64,000 nucleotides of DNA from Gammaproteobacteria bacterium (GCA_965243395.1 CBDEUS010000002.1:449310-513309), one strand, 5' to 3'; counted from the first letter of the stretch, positions 10,965 through 22,216 are shown. The notes: generated by a model from the letters alone, not told the origin. Program-made: numbers and translations.

Positions 10965-11921
10965 ATGTCACTAAAAAAACTTTATCCCGAGCTTGAACCC
11001 TATCACGAGTTTCAATTAAAAGTTTCTGATTTGCATACATTATGGATCGAAGAGTGTGGCAACCCACGTGGCATACCCGTGGTATTTTTACATGGTGGTC
11101 CAGGAGCTGCCTGTGAGCCATTTCAAAGGAGATTTTTTGATCCAGATAAATATCGCATAGTTTTATTTGATCAGCGTGGTTGCGGAAGATCCACTCCACA
11201 TGCCGAATTACGAGAAAATACAACACAACATTTAATGACTGATATTGAAACTATCCGTCAGTATTTAAAAATTGATAAGTGGTTAGTGTTTGGTGGATCA
11301 TGGGGTTCTACATTAGCGCTGGTTTATGCTGAAACATATCCTGAGAAAGTAACAGGTTTAGTTCTAAGGGGTATTTTTTTATGTCGGCCACGTGATATCC
11401 AATGGTTTTATCAAGACGGAGCAAGCAGAATTTATCCTGACTTATGGCAAGACTACGTAAATGTTATAGATTCTAGTGAGCGAGAAGATTTAGTTAGTGC
11501 TTTTTATAAATGTTTGACTTCCGATGATGAACAAGCGTGTTTGCAAGCGGCAAGAGCATGGTCTGTTTGGGAAGGAAGTACCTCTAATTTAATTACTAAA
11601 CCTAGTGTGTTGGGCCATTTTTCAGATGAACATACCGCTTTAAGTTTGGCTAGAATTGAATGTCATTACTTTATTAATGACTCTTTTCTAGATGATAATC
11701 AACTACTAGCAAATGCCGATAAATTAAAAAATATACCCGGAATTATTGTACACGGGCGCTATGACGTAGTATGTCCAATTGAACAAGCTTATGCATTACA
11801 CCAGGCTTGGCCAACTGCAGAATTTTTTATTGCACCTACGTCAGGGCATTCTGCAACCGAGGATGAGATTGTCGACGCTTTAGTGGGCGCAACCCAAAAG
11901 TTTGCCAAGCGATTAGCATGA
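10965..11921 (+). CDS. pip: Proline iminopeptidase (alpha/beta hydrolase)
   Basis: Nucleophile elbow GGSWGSTL, conserved HGGPG N-terminal motif, 318 aa. Confidence 0.8.
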   Translation: MSLKKLYPELEPYHEFQLKVSDLHTLWIEECGNPRGIPVVFLHGGPGAACEPFQRRFFDPDKYRIVLFDQRGCGRSTPHAELRENTTQHLMTDIETIRQYLKIDKWLVFGGSWGSTLALVYAETYPEKVTGLVLRGIFLCRPRDIQWFYQDGASRIYPDLWQDYVNVIDSSEREDLVSAFYKCLTSDDEQACLQAARAWSVWEGSTSNLITKPSVLGHFSDEHTALSLARIECHYFINDSFLDDNQLLANADKLKNIPGIIVHGRYDVVCPIEQAYALHQAWPTAEFFIAPTSGHSATEDEIVDALVGATQKFAKRLA

Positions 11922-12355
11922 TTACCTTACTGCAACGCGTATCTTGCGCAAGTGTGGAAATTAACAAGGAGGTTGTTGGAAATATCAATGCGGGAATGCT
12001 GGTATTTCTAGCTGTGCAAAAAGACGATACACCTACTACCGCCAACCAAATGCTTCAACGCATTTTGGCTTATCGAATTTTTGCAGATGAGCACAATAAG
12101 ATGAATAAAAACATCAAAGAAGTTGCAGGCGGTATCTTATTAGTACCACAATTCACACTTGCTGCAGATACAAAAAAAGGATTGCGACCCAATTTTTCCT
12201 CTGCCGCATCTCCTGATCAGGGGGAACAGCTATTTGACTATTTTTTAGACAAATTGAAAGCTGAATATGCTAAAGTTTCAGCTGGTGTATTTGGCGCTGA
12301 TATGCAAGTGCAACTGATTAATGATGGACCCGTGACATTTTGGCTACAAATATAG
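11918..12355 (+). CDS. dtd: D-aminoacyl-tRNA deacylase
   Basis: MITLLQRV...GLLVFLAVQKDD matches the Dtd N-terminus; 145 aa; 4-nt overlap with the pip stop. Confidence 0.85.
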   Translation: MITLLQRVSCASVEINKEVVGNINAGMLVFLAVQKDDTPTTANQMLQRILAYRIFADEHNKMNKNIKEVAGGILLVPQFTLAADTKKGLRPNFSSAASPDQGEQLFDYFLDKLKAEYAKVSAGVFGADMQVQLINDGPVTFWLQI

Positions 12356-12403
12356 AAAAGAAATTACAAATAATTGTTTAACTAACCCATAATTTATATT
12401 CCC

Positions 12404-12997
12404 GTGACTGCGCGTACTGCTAGTGTTGAACGCAACACCAACGAAACCCAAATAGCAATTCAATTAAACTTAGATGGTAATGGCCAATCTTCTTTGAAGA
12501 CGGGTTTGCCTTTCTTCGAGCATATGTTGAACCAAATTGCTCGTCATGGCATGTTGGATTTAAATATTGATGCAAAAGGTGATCTTGAAATTGATGCACA
12601 CCACACTGTGGAGGATGTAGGCATCACTTTGGGTCAAGCTTTTAATCAAGCGATAAGCGATAAGAAAGGTATTTGTCGCTATGGGCATGCTTATGTGCCT
12701 CTGGACGAAGCGCTATCGCGTGTTGTGATCGATTTTTCAGGTCGTCCTGGTTTAGAGTTTCGAGTGCAGTTTCCGCGTGCACGCGTAGGTGATTTCGATG
12801 TTGATCTTACCCATGAATTTTTCCAGGGATTTGTAAATCACGCTAATGTAACGTTACACATTGACAATTTATCAGGTGAAAACTCGCACCACATAGCTGA
12901 GACAATTTTTAAAGCTTTTGGTCGTGCTTTACGCATGGCAGTTACTGCCGATGAGCGAATGCAAGGGGTCGTACCTTCTACAAAAGGTAGTTTATAG
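12404..12997 (+). CDS. hisB: Imidazoleglycerol-phosphate dehydratase
   Basis: RNTNETQI and [11 protein letters not shown] motifs; GTG start. Confidence 0.9.
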   Translation: MTARTASVERNTNETQIAIQLNLDGNGQSSLKTGLPFFEHMLNQIARHGMLDLNIDAKGDLEIDAHHTVEDVGITLGQAFNQAISDKKGICRYGHAYVPLDEALSRVVIDFSGRPGLEFRVQFPRARVGDFDVDLTHEFFQGFVNHANVTLHIDNLSGENSHHIAETIFKAFGRALRMAVTADERMQGVVPSTKGSL

Positions 12998-13056
12998 AAT
13001 GTTATCTTTACCAGTGAGCTCCAACCGGAAAGTTTATCGAATAACATTATCTTAAT

Positions 13057-13713
13057 ATGAATATCGCAATTGTAGATTATGGCATGGGCAACTTATATTC
13101 TGTTGCAAAAGCAGTGGAACATGTTGCTGAAGCTAAAGATACTATTGTAGTAACTTCTGATGCTAAAAAAATTTCAGCAAGTGACAAAATAATTTTCCCT
13201 GGACAAGGTGCCGCAAGGGACTGCATGCAAGCCTTAGATAAATATGGTTTACAACCTGTGATTATGAGTGCTGCTAAACAAAAACCTTTTTTAGGTATAT
13301 GCATGGGCATGCAAGTGTTGATGCAAATGAGTGAAGAAAATAACGGAATTGATTGTTTAGGTCTTTATTCCGGTACTGTTAAATATTTTGGTAACCATAT
13401 AGATATTGGAGCAAGTGAAAATTCGTATAAAGTTCCTCATATGGGATGGAATATTATTCATCAACAACAAAATCACCCGCTTTGGAATAATATAAAAGAT
13501 AACAGCTATTTTTATTTTGTTCACAGCTACTTTGTTTATCCTGAGCAACAGGAGTTGACTGCTGGCGTTACAGATTATGGAGTAGCTTTTACCTCAGTTA
13601 TTGCGCATGAAAATGTTTTTGCGTTGCAGTGTCACCCTGAAAAGAGCGCGCAAGCAGGTTTGCAACTATTAAAAAACTTTATACACTGGGACGGTAGTGC
13701 CAGCATTAATTAA
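13057..13713 (+). CDS. hisH: Imidazole glycerol phosphate synthase glutamine amidotransferase subunit
   Basis: MNIAIVDYGMGNL and the class I GATase Cys in GICMGMQ. Confidence 0.9.
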   Translation: MNIAIVDYGMGNLYSVAKAVEHVAEAKDTIVVTSDAKKISASDKIIFPGQGAARDCMQALDKYGLQPVIMSAAKQKPFLGICMGMQVLMQMSEENNGIDCLGLYSGTVKYFGNHIDIGASENSYKVPHMGWNIIHQQQNHPLWNNIKDNSYFYFVHSYFVYPEQQELTAGVTDYGVAFTSVIAHENVFALQCHPEKSAQAGLQLLKNFIHWDGSASIN

Positions 13714-13716
13714 ACC

Positions 13717-14454
13717 ATGATCGTTATTCCGGCAATTGACTTAAAAGACGGTAAATGTGTGCGATTGCGTCAAGGCAGTATGGATGATGTCACCATATTT
13801 TCTGAAGATCCTGTTGCAGTAGCAGATCAGTGGGTGGAAGCAGGAGCAAAGCGTTTACATATCGTTGATCTTGATGGTGCGGCTTCTGGAAGTCCTAAAA
13901 ATCGCGAAATAATTCATACCATTGCAGATAATCATCCTGACTTACCGATACAACTTGGAGGCGGAATTCGGGACGAAGATACTGTACAAGCATATTTAGA
14001 CGTCGGAGTTCAATATGTAATTATTGGCACTCAGGCGGTGAGTGCACCACACTTTGTAAACGATTTATGCTTGGAGTTTCCCGGACATATCATTGTTGGA
14101 TTAGATGCAAAAGACGGCAAAGTTGCGATTGATGGTTGGTCAAAGTTATCTCATCACGACGTAATTGATATGGCACAGCATTTTGAAGCGGATGGTGTCG
14201 CTGCAATCGTGTTCACTGATATTAGCCGTGACGGAATGATGGAAGGTTTAAATGTTGAATCTACAGCCGAACTTTCTGCAGCTATCCACATACCTGTTAT
14301 TGCTTCGGGGGGTGTTACAGACGAAAACGATATCAAACGTTTGTGCGAATGTGATGAGGAAGGAATTATAGGTGTGATAGTCGGCAGAGCTTTGTACGAA
14401 GGTACTATTGATTTGCAGCACGCACAAAAACTTGCAGATACTTATCAGACGTAA
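13717..14454 (+). CDS. hisA: ProFAR isomerase
   Basis: [18 protein letters not shown]-terminus and the (beta/alpha)8 HisA signature SGGV near the C-terminus. Confidence 0.9.
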   Translation: MIVIPAIDLKDGKCVRLRQGSMDDVTIFSEDPVAVADQWVEAGAKRLHIVDLDGAASGSPKNREIIHTIADNHPDLPIQLGGGIRDEDTVQAYLDVGVQYVIIGTQAVSAPHFVNDLCLEFPGHIIVGLDAKDGKVAIDGWSKLSHHDVIDMAQHFEADGVAAIVFTDISRDGMMEGLNVESTAELSAAIHIPVIASGGVTDENDIKRLCECDEEGIIGVIVGRALYEGTIDLQHAQKLADTYQT

Positions 14455-14521
14455 ACATTTCTTATTATTTATTCGTAATTGACAGATGCGTTTCTGTCAA
14501 AACTCATAAAATCAAAAAATC

Positions 14522-15295
14522 ATGCCGCTTGCTAAAAGAATTATTCCTTGTCTTGACGTTGATGCAGGTCGAGTTGTAAAGGGTGTTAAATTTGTTGATA
14601 TACGTGATGCAGGTGATCCAGTAGAAATCGCTAAGCGCTATGATGATGAAGGCGCTGATGAGATTACTTTTTTGGATATTACTGCGAGTTCAGATGAACG
14701 TGAAACGATGGTGCATGTTGTTGAGCGTGTTGCTGCAGAAGTATTTATACCTTTGACTGTTGGTGGCGGAATTAGAAAGGTGGAAGATATTCGAACCTTA
14801 TTAAATGCAGGTGCAGATAAAGTCGGCATTAATACTGCTGCGGTTTTCAATCCAGAATTTGTGCGACAAGCAAGTGACAAAGTCGGTTCTCAGTGCATTG
14901 TGGTCGCCATCGATGCAAAACAAGTTAGCGAGCAAAATGAGCCACTAAAATGGGAAATTTTTACTCATGGAGGCCGCAAGCCTACCGGCTTGGATGCGTT
15001 AAAATGGGCTGAGAAGATGCAACAGCTAGGCGCGGGGGAAATCTTGCTCACCAGCATGGATCGTGATGGCACGAAAATCGGCTTTGATTTAGAACTCACA
15101 CGGTCGATCAGCGAAGCCGTTGGTATTCCGGTTATCGCCTCTGGAGGTGTAGGCACATTGGCACATTTAGCCGATGGCGTGACAATAGGTAAAGCCGATG
15201 CGGTATTGGCAGCGAGCATATTTCATTTTGGTGAATATTCTATTCAAGAAGCAAAAAGCTATATGGCTGAACAAGGTATTATGGTAAGAAGATAA
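14522..15295 (+). CDS. hisF: Imidazole glycerol phosphate synthase cyclase subunit
   Basis: [11 protein letters not shown]...GRVVKG N-terminus and ASGG motif. Confidence 0.9.
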   Translation: MPLAKRIIPCLDVDAGRVVKGVKFVDIRDAGDPVEIAKRYDDEGADEITFLDITASSDERETMVHVVERVAAEVFIPLTVGGGIRKVEDIRTLLNAGADKVGINTAAVFNPEFVRQASDKVGSQCIVVAIDAKQVSEQNEPLKWEIFTHGGRKPTGLDALKWAEKMQQLGAGEILLTSMDRDGTKIGFDLELTRSISEAVGIPVIASGGVGTLAHLADGVTIGKADAVLAASIFHFGEYSIQEAKSYMAEQGIMVRR

Positions 15296-15296
15296 A

Positions 15297-15617
15297 ATGA
15301 ACAGCCATCTAACTTTACAACAGTTAACCGATATTCTTGAAAAGCGTAAAACGGCTGATGCGAGTGAGTCTTATGTGGCAAGTTTATATGAATCGGGTTT
15401 AGGAAAAATACTCGATAAAATCAGTGAAGAAACATCAGAACTTATCGAAGCTGCTAGAGAAGAAGATACTGAGCATATAATACATGAGATGGCAGATTTA
15501 TGGTTTCATTGCATGGTGTTGTTAGCAGAAAAAAATCTTAGCTATGAAAACGTGTTAACAGAATTGGATAAACGCTTTGGTGTTTCAGGCCTGGTTGAAA
15601 AGGCACAACGTGAGTAA
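15297..15617 (+). CDS. hisE: Phosphoribosyl-ATP pyrophosphatase (monofunctional HisE)
   Basis: 106 aa, LEKRKTADASESYVASLYESGLGKILDKISEE...E(A)ADLWFHCMVLL is typical of HisE. Confidence 0.8.
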   Translation: MNSHLTLQQLTDILEKRKTADASESYVASLYESGLGKILDKISEETSELIEAAREEDTEHIIHEMADLWFHCMVLLAEKNLSYENVLTELDKRFGVSGLVEKAQRE

Positions 15618-15659
15618 AGTTTATAAATTATTTAAATGATATGAATAGGAGTAGACGTT

Positions 15660-15848
15660 ATGGGAATTAGCCCTTGGCAGTTACTAATCGTACTGGTCAT
15701 CGTAATATTAATTTTTGGTACAAAAAAATTACGCAGTATGGGCGGTGATATTGGTGGCGCCGTTAAAAATTTCAAGAAGTCTATGAAAGATGAAGAAGCC
15801 GCAGATGATGCTGATTCTGAATCGGAAGAGAATCCACCTAAAGAATAA
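15660..15848 (+). CDS. tatA: Sec-independent translocase TatA
   Basis: [26 protein letters not shown] segment plus amphipathic helix, 62 aa. Confidence 0.85.
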   Translation: MGISPWQLLIVLVIVILIFGTKKLRSMGGDIGGAVKNFKKSMKDEEAADDADSESEENPPKE

Positions 15849-15870
15849 GTTTTTTTAACCTTAATTTAGA

Positions 15871-16275
15871 ATGTTTGATTTTGGATTTTGGGAACTTACC
15901 ATAGTGATGGTAATTGCATTATTGGTAGTAGGCCCTGAACGCCTACCTGCATTGGCGGGTCAAATAGGAAAATGGGTAGGCAAAGCCAAACGTATGATAG
16001 AAGGCGTACGTGCTGATATTGAATCCGAAATTAAAGCTGCAGAATTAAAAGAAATTCTCGAAAAACAGCAAAATGAAATCGGTGAACTTAAAGAGATGCT
16101 CAAAGATACTCAATCTGATATTGAGAGAAGTTTCGATGAAGAAGGTGATCGTGAATTAATAGAAGCTGTAGAAAAACATATAGAAGCCAATAAAAATACT
16201 TCTGAATTGGAAACACAGCAGGAGTTATCTTTAAATACTGAAGCTGAATCATCGCAAAAGAATGAAGTCGACTGA
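15871..16275 (+). CDS. tatB: Sec-independent translocase TatB
   Basis: MFDFGFWEL...VVGPERLP N-terminus and a longer acidic C-terminal tail. Confidence 0.8.
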   Translation: MFDFGFWELTIVMVIALLVVGPERLPALAGQIGKWVGKAKRMIEGVRADIESEIKAAELKEILEKQQNEIGELKEMLKDTQSDIERSFDEEGDRELIEAVEKHIEANKNTSELETQQELSLNTEAESSQKNEVD

Positions 16276-17125
16276 AGACTCAAAAAAAACTGAGCTTAAG
16301 CAAGAAACGTTACTCACTCATTTATATGAGTTGCGTAGTCGTTTACTCTGGATTGTCGGCAGTGTCATGTTAGTCTTTATATGTTTATTTCCTTTTGCTA
16401 ACACATTATATGAGTACTTAGCCGGACCTCTGATGGTACATATGCCGGAAGGCAGTTCAATGGTAGCCATTGATGTTGCCTCACCATTTTTGACACCTTT
16501 TAAATTTGTTTTTGTTCTCAGTATAGTTTTATCTATTCCTCTAATTCTATTTCATGTTTGGGCGTTCATAGCACCTGGCCTCTACAGTCATGAAAAACGC
16601 TTAGCTTTCCCAATAATTGTATCCAGTTCGATACTTTTTTATGTTGGTATGGCATTCGCTTACTTTGTGGTGTTTCCCTTGATGTTTGCCTTTTTTACCA
16701 AGGTAGCTCCTGAAGGTGTAACGGTAATGACCGATATTGGACGTTATCTAGATTTTGTATTGAAAATCTTCATTGCGTTTGGTGTAGCGTTTGAAGTGCC
16801 GATTATTACATTTGTCTTAGTAAGACTAGGCATGACCTCTGCCGAAAAACTTGCTTCGAAACGTCCTTATGTAATTGTTGGCGCTTTCGTAGTCGGAATG
16901 TTACTTACACCTCCGGATGTGATTTCGCAATTTTTACTTGCGATACCGGTTTGGCTTTTATTTGAACTTGGTTTAGTTTTATCACGTGTAATGATTAATA
17001 ATAACGAATCGAATGAAATTGCTAATCAAACAAGAGAAGAGCCGCGATTCAAAACAGGGACTAAAGAAGAAATGGAAATTGACGAAAATGAATTATTGGA
17101 TGATCCAGATATCAAATCTTCATAG
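16262..17125 (+). CDS. tatC: Sec-independent translocase TatC
   Basis: Six-TM protein with THLYELRSRL N-terminal motif after tatAB. Confidence 0.9.
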   Translation: MKSTEDSKKTELKQETLLTHLYELRSRLLWIVGSVMLVFICLFPFANTLYEYLAGPLMVHMPEGSSMVAIDVASPFLTPFKFVFVLSIVLSIPLILFHVWAFIAPGLYSHEKRLAFPIIVSSSILFYVGMAFAYFVVFPLMFAFFTKVAPEGVTVMTDIGRYLDFVLKIFIAFGVAFEVPIITFVLVRLGMTSAEKLASKRPYVIVGAFVVGMLLTPPDVISQFLLAIPVWLLFELGLVLSRVMINNNESNEIANQTREEPRFKTGTKEEMEIDENELLDDPDIKSS

Positions 17126-17158
17126 CTAATAAATAATTCTAAAACTTAATTATTAATT

Positions 17159-18703
17159 GTGGGTAAACAAGCAAATATCCGTAATCGAGCCATGCTATTA
17201 ATTCTTGATGGCTTTGGTATCAACCCTAGTAAAGCAAATAATGCTGTATTACAGGCACACACCCCTAGGCTTGATGAATACTTTTCCCAATACCCACATA
17301 CCGTTTTAGAAGCCTCTGGAGAAGCGGTCGGGCTGCCTCCGGGACAGATGGGCAATTCAGAAGTGGGCCATATGACCATCGGATGCGGAACGATCATTAA
17401 ACAAGATTTAATCCGCATCAATGATGCTATTGCAGATGGCAGTTTTTTTGAAATGTCGCCTCTTAGGAGAGCATTAGAGAATGCTAAGAAAAAAGAAGGC
17501 TATATTCATATTATAGGCTTGGTGTCTGATGGGGGCGTCCATTCTCATATCAATCATATCATTGCTCTAATGAAACTTTGTCATGAAGTGCAGGTGCGTC
17601 CTGTTTTACATGCGATTACAGATGGCAGAGATACTCCTCCCAAAAGCGCTAAAAAATATATCGAACAAATTAATAAAGTGCTTACAGAAGTAAACGGATC
17701 AATCGCTACGTTGATGGGTCGATATTATGCAATGGATAGAGATCGCCGTTGGGAGAGAACCATTATGGCATGGGAAGCTCTGGTGCAACTAAAAGGCGAG
17801 AAATGCAAAAATGCAGTGGATGCAATCGATAAGGCCTATGAGCGAGGTGAAACGGATGAATTCATTACACCTTCTGTATTAAGTAACGCAGTGCCAATGA
17901 CCGCAGAGTCTGAAGTGATTTTTACAAATTTTAGAAATGATCGTCCAAGGCAATTAAGTAAAGCACTCGCTAAACATGATTTCTCAGCATTTGATCGTGG
18001 TTCTAATTTTGAACCGATTAAGCTTACAAAAATGACAAAGTATAGTAAGGAATATTTAGGGCCGGTAATTTTTGCGACACGGAAACCTGAGACCAATTTA
18101 GCAGAAGTGGTATCCAATCACGGCTTATTTCAGTTTCACTGTGCGGAAACTGAAAAGTATCCACATGTCACTTATTTTTTAAACGGTGGCCAAGAAGAAG
18201 CGTATGAAGGCGAAGATCGTAAAATGGTTCCGTCTCCAAAGGTTGCAACCTATGATTTACAACCTGAAATGAGTGCCGAAGAAGTTGCAGATGAAACCAT
18301 TAAAGCCATTAATAACGAAACCTATGCTTTAATCGTTACAAATTTTGCCAATGCGGATATGGTAGGACACACCGCAAAAAAAGAAGCCATTATTGCAGCA
18401 ATCGAAGCACTCGATGAACATGTCGGCCGTGTACTTGATGCGGCTAAAGAACAAGGACTTTCCGTAGTACTTACCTCTGATCACGGAAACTGTGATGAAA
18501 TGATTGATCCGCGCACCAAAGAACCCCACACGCAACATACTACTTATCCCGTACCATGTTTAGTTATTGATAACGGTGCCTGGGATCTTGCCAACGGACA
18601 AGGTTTGAGTACAGTTGCGCCTACACTATTAGAATTAATGGGTATTGAACAACCCAAAGCGATGACGGGTGAGTCATTATTGATACACCACAATGGGGAT
18701 TAA
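17159..18703 (+). CDS. gpmI: 2,3-bisphosphoglycerate-independent phosphoglycerate mutase
   Basis: LLILDGFG, catalytic Ser region SEVGHM, 514 aa; GTG start. Confidence 0.9.
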   Translation: MGKQANIRNRAMLLILDGFGINPSKANNAVLQAHTPRLDEYFSQYPHTVLEASGEAVGLPPGQMGNSEVGHMTIGCGTIIKQDLIRINDAIADGSFFEMSPLRRALENAKKKEGYIHIIGLVSDGGVHSHINHIIALMKLCHEVQVRPVLHAITDGRDTPPKSAKKYIEQINKVLTEVNGSIATLMGRYYAMDRDRRWERTIMAWEALVQLKGEKCKNAVDAIDKAYERGETDEFITPSVLSNAVPMTAESEVIFTNFRNDRPRQLSKALAKHDFSAFDRGSNFEPIKLTKMTKYSKEYLGPVIFATRKPETNLAEVVSNHGLFQFHCAETEKYPHVTYFLNGGQEEAYEGEDRKMVPSPKVATYDLQPEMSAEEVADETIKAINNETYALIVTNFANADMVGHTAKKEAIIAAIEALDEHVGRVLDAAKEQGLSVVLTSDHGNCDEMIDPRTKEPHTQHTTYPVPCLVIDNGAWDLANGQGLSTVAPTLLELMGIEQPKAMTGESLLIHHNGD

Positions 18704-18712
18704 ATTTAATAC

Positions 18713-19492
18713 TTAATCAAATGGATTCCACCAACGTTTCTTTTTCTTCTTAGGTTCAGCAACTTCCTCTTCAACGTTAACCGCTTCAGCGATCTGATTT
18801 TCCTCGCCGTCACCTGCATAGGTATTAGCAAGGGTTCGAAATGCATTTACTATTCTTGCTACAGAATAATCACTGTTAACGGGAAAAGCCGTTTTTTCAC
18901 CATCTTCTTTCCATTCAAAGTTTCGTTGTAATGATCTTCTAACAGTGATTGGATAGGAGTCCCAACTGCGTTTAGGTGTTGCTTCAATACTGCCCTCTAA
19001 CAAAACGTAATTTGTACCAAATAATAAAAGTTTTTTACCAGATGAAGACACAATCAAGTCCTTCCGTTGAACTGTAAAATCTACGTCGACACAATCTTTA
19101 AATCGCTGATCAAATTCTGGACTGTTAGCAGAAGTAACACAGGTTTGAGCTTGATAATGGATGGTTTCAGGCGTTACCTTTAGCTTGGTGATTTCACCTC
19201 CCGCCTTAATTGTGTTGACTGCCTCTCGTTCTTCCTTAGTAAGGCCGTCTTTTATGCCAGGTGCCTCACCGCCACCATCTTTATAAATAATCACTTTTTG
19301 CTGATAAGGCGTGTAATCGGGGACCGATTCACTATTTTGTCCAGCACTTGCAGAACAAAGTTGTGTTATCTGATCTTGAGTAAACCCTTTATCAAGGTAG
19401 AACTGCACATCTTCACGACTACAGTCAGCATAAAGCGTTAGGGTAAGGCAAAAATAGATAACGGTAATAAAGGAGGTGTACTTAAATAGCAT
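18713..19492 (-). CDS. Hypothetical secreted protein or lipoprotein
   Basis: N-terminal signal peptide with Cys (TLYADCS), lysine-rich C-terminus; no recognisable family. Confidence 0.4.
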   Translation of the reverse strand: MLFKYTSFITVIYFCLTLTLYADCSREDVQFYLDKGFTQDQITQLCSASAGQNSESVPDYTPYQQKVIIYKDGGGEAPGIKDGLTKEEREAVNTIKAGGEITKLKVTPETIHYQAQTCVTSANSPEFDQRFKDCVDVDFTVQRKDLIVSSSGKKLLLFGTNYVLLEGSIEATPKRSWDSYPITVRRSLQRNFEWKEDGEKTAFPVNSDYSVARIVNAFRTLANTYAGDGEENQIAEAVNVEEEVAEPKKKKKRWWNPFD

Positions 19493-19600
19493 ATGAGAAC
19501 TTATAAACTAATACGAGATTGGAAAAAGAGTGTAATCGATATTTTGAGGGGCTACCAACGAAGATAGTTCACATATTGAAAGACTATAAATCAATAATGC

Positions 19601-19632
19601 AAAAAAATAGGCGTCCGAAGACGCCTATTTTT
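19601..19632. terminator. Bidirectional rho-independent terminator downstream of the porin gene
   Basis: Perfect 8-bp stem TAGGCGTC/GACGCCTA with loop CGAA, flanked by A7 on one side and T5 on the other. Confidence 0.65.
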
Positions 19633-19657
19633 GTAAGGTTTGGGTATCTAAACTAGA

Positions 19658-20980
19658 TTAGAACCACTGAACCATACCAATACCAATTGCTTGGACATCG
19701 TCGCCAGCACCTGCGCCAGCACCGTTGATACCAAAGTCATAGGTAGCAGCATCTTCGTTGTCTACTTCAGAGTAGACTAGACGAAGCTCTGTACCTGCAG
19801 GCATGGTGTAGTACAAACCAATGTTGAATGCATTCGCATCTGTGTCGTCCTCAGCACAAGCTGCTGTGTCTTTACAGTCATACTCGTCTGCATCCATGTA
19901 TGAGAAACGGAAATCAAGTGGACCAGGGAAGTTGTGCTTACCTGAAATCATCCAGTGCTCAATTTCAAGATCATTGAATAATGAATCAAAGTCGCACTCT
20001 AGCTCCCATGATAGTTCTTCATACATTGCAGAGATCTGTGTGGTATGTCCATTACCCCAAGACTGAATCCATCGACCAGCAACACGCCATGCATCATCAT
20101 CAGAGTCAGTACAAGTACCAGCTGCTAATGGAGCACCAGGCTCTGTAGCATCCGCAGCAATACCAACACCAAATGCTTGGTTTTGATTGTTTGATGCTGC
20201 AGTCCACTCATCATGCTCTTCATAGGTGAAGGCTAACCAAAGGTTGTTATCACCAATGTCGGTAGTGTATGTCACACCAGTTGAGATAATTTGTGGGTCA
20301 AGGTCACCAATTTCGTCACGGTTACCTGCTGTAATGGCAAAACGTGCGTTAAGACCATTCCAGTTTGGGCTCCACCAGTGAATCAAGTTTTCTTGACGAC
20401 GGTTAAATGATGTTTCGTAGATGGTGTAGTTTGAGTAGTCAAAGTCACCGCCTAGAGTTGAATCATCAAATGTACCACCGTTGAAGAAGTTTGATGTTAG
20501 ACCATGGGTACCCATGATTGAGGTGTGAGAGTCTAGACCCGCATCATAGAATGGGTCTACCCACTGTGCGACCATTTCGTTGAATGGTAATAGCCAGATT
20601 GCAACACCGATTTCACCCCAAACACCAGAAAGGCTTAATTTAGAGTTACGGTTACACCAGCCAGAACCGCCAGCCAATTGATTGTAAAAAGTAAATTGCT
20701 CACATTGAACATTTGCTTTTACCGCTTGGCCGCCAACTGAAACACCAGTGTCGATGCTTGCCGCGAAACCAATGTTTGCAGCGTTGCCATCGATACGATC
20801 GAAATCACGATCTTCACCAGCATCGACATCAACATCGATGAAGTTCCATGAATAGTTTTGCCATCCATAGATCGTCCAGTTTGAATTAGCGTTACCGCCA
20901 CCAACACCACCGGCGATTGACGCTAAAGGCGTCACCGCAAGCGCTAGTGCAGCAGCAGCTCCGATAAGTTTAGTTTTCAT
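19658..20980 (-). CDS. Outer membrane porin (general diffusion channel beta-barrel)
   Basis: Signal peptide MKTKLIGAAAALALAVTPLASIAG, Gly/Asp/Trp-rich alternating strands, C-terminal aromatic (…VQWF). Confidence 0.7.
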   Translation of the reverse strand: MKTKLIGAAAALALAVTPLASIAGGVGGGNANSNWTIYGWQNYSWNFIDVDVDAGEDRDFDRIDGNAANIGFAASIDTGVSVGGQAVKANVQCEQFTFYNQLAGGSGWCNRNSKLSLSGVWGEIGVAIWLLPFNEMVAQWVDPFYDAGLDSHTSIMGTHGLTSNFFNGGTFDDSTLGGDFDYSNYTIYETSFNRRQENLIHWWSPNWNGLNARFAITAGNRDEIGDLDPQIISTGVTYTTDIGDNNLWLAFTYEEHDEWTAASNNQNQAFGVGIAADATEPGAPLAAGTCTDSDDDAWRVAGRWIQSWGNGHTTQISAMYEELSWELECDFDSLFNDLEIEHWMISGKHNFPGPLDFRFSYMDADEYDCKDTAACAEDDTDANAFNIGLYYTMPAGTELRLVYSEVDNEDAATYDFGINGAGAGAGDDVQAIGIGMVQWF

Positions 20981-21734
20981 GAAGATACTCCTCTTCGTTA
21001 ACTAAGGTTAAAAGATAAAAAGAAAAATACTCGAGTAATTTTCCTAAATGAGATTCGTCATAATTTTTGGTAACAACCTTAGTCTTTTGATTAAAACTTT
21101 AGGTGCTTCCCTCCCTCTGAACGACAAATCTCAATCTGAAATGGGTCGATGTATCCTTACAACAACCCACACAGACCAAACACAACAAACGTTGTATTTG
21201 TGCGACAGATTGCCTTTAGATGGGAACCAAGTCAATAAAAAAGTGTTGCAATTAAGCAACATTACTAAAATATCTGGTTACTTTTGAAGGATGAAAGCGA
21301 CTTTGAAGAAATCTTAAGCCCAAAATATTGTTGTATATGCACAACAAAATACTCACTAGAGTTGTAAGTCATTGATAAATGATAATTTCACGAAAATGAT
21401 ACTAACAAACTTAGGCGTTTAGTTTTGAAACTGGATCTGCACGTAAATTGAAAATGTTCTCCTGTTCATATGCAAGATTTTATGAAAGCTTAGAGTAGTT
21501 TATCCGTAAACTTTCTGAACTGATCTGAAATATCCACTTCTGTACGACATGCTTCTATATATTAAGCCAGTCAACAACATTGAATGGACAACTAGGATGT
21601 CTGTGAATTTACTCATTGCCCTTTTTATATTAGTTGTGGGCGCAGTAATACTAATACGTAACTAAGCTCAAACTATAAGGTAAAATAATTACAATTTGAT
21701 GCACATGGAGTGATACTTCTAATTCTATGAATAA

Positions 21735-22145
21735 TTAATGAGAGCGAGAAGTAAAGTTATCAATTGGCATAAAATTCAATTTTTCTTCGGCTTGGAATTC
21801 GCGGTCAAATATTAACTCAATTCCGATTTCACCATTTTGCTCGACCGCTTTTAACTGCTTCAGGTCAGGTAAGGTATGTGCTAGATAGGCACAGGCTGCC
21901 GCAGCAATTGTTTCTTCATCATTTAGCAAAGCTGATACTAGATTAGCACTTACAAATTGTATTTTTTGTTCAAAATTAGGATTATTAATTAATTGGTCTC
22001 CAAGCTCTAAACCTAGATCAAGTTTTTCTTCCATAAGTTTTAAGGACTGTTGTTGTGCATCAGAAAGCTCTTTTCCTCTATCATATTCAAGAATGGGATT
22101 ACCATTTACTTGAATAACTAGAATTTCTGACTGATTTTTTTCCAC
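21735..22145 (-). CDS. Hypothetical protein
   Basis: 136-aa ORF with a plausible RBS context; no family recognised. Confidence 0.35.
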   Translation of the reverse strand: MEKNQSEILVIQVNGNPILEYDRGKELSDAQQQSLKLMEEKLDLGLELGDQLINNPNFEQKIQFVSANLVSALLNDEETIAAAACAYLAHTLPDLKQLKAVEQNGEIGIELIFDREFQAEEKLNFMPIDNFTSRSH

Positions 22146-22216
22146 GGATCAAGTAAAAATTTTTGCTAATAATCAAACTTAAAGGTTGATTTATAATTCA
22201 ATAAACTTGAATTTAT

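Noticed and set aside
21048-21287. 79-aa ORF in the porin upstream region
   Set aside because: It has no convincing RBS and a low-complexity composition, and it lies in an AT-rich leader. It is treated as non-coding regulatory DNA (see finding).
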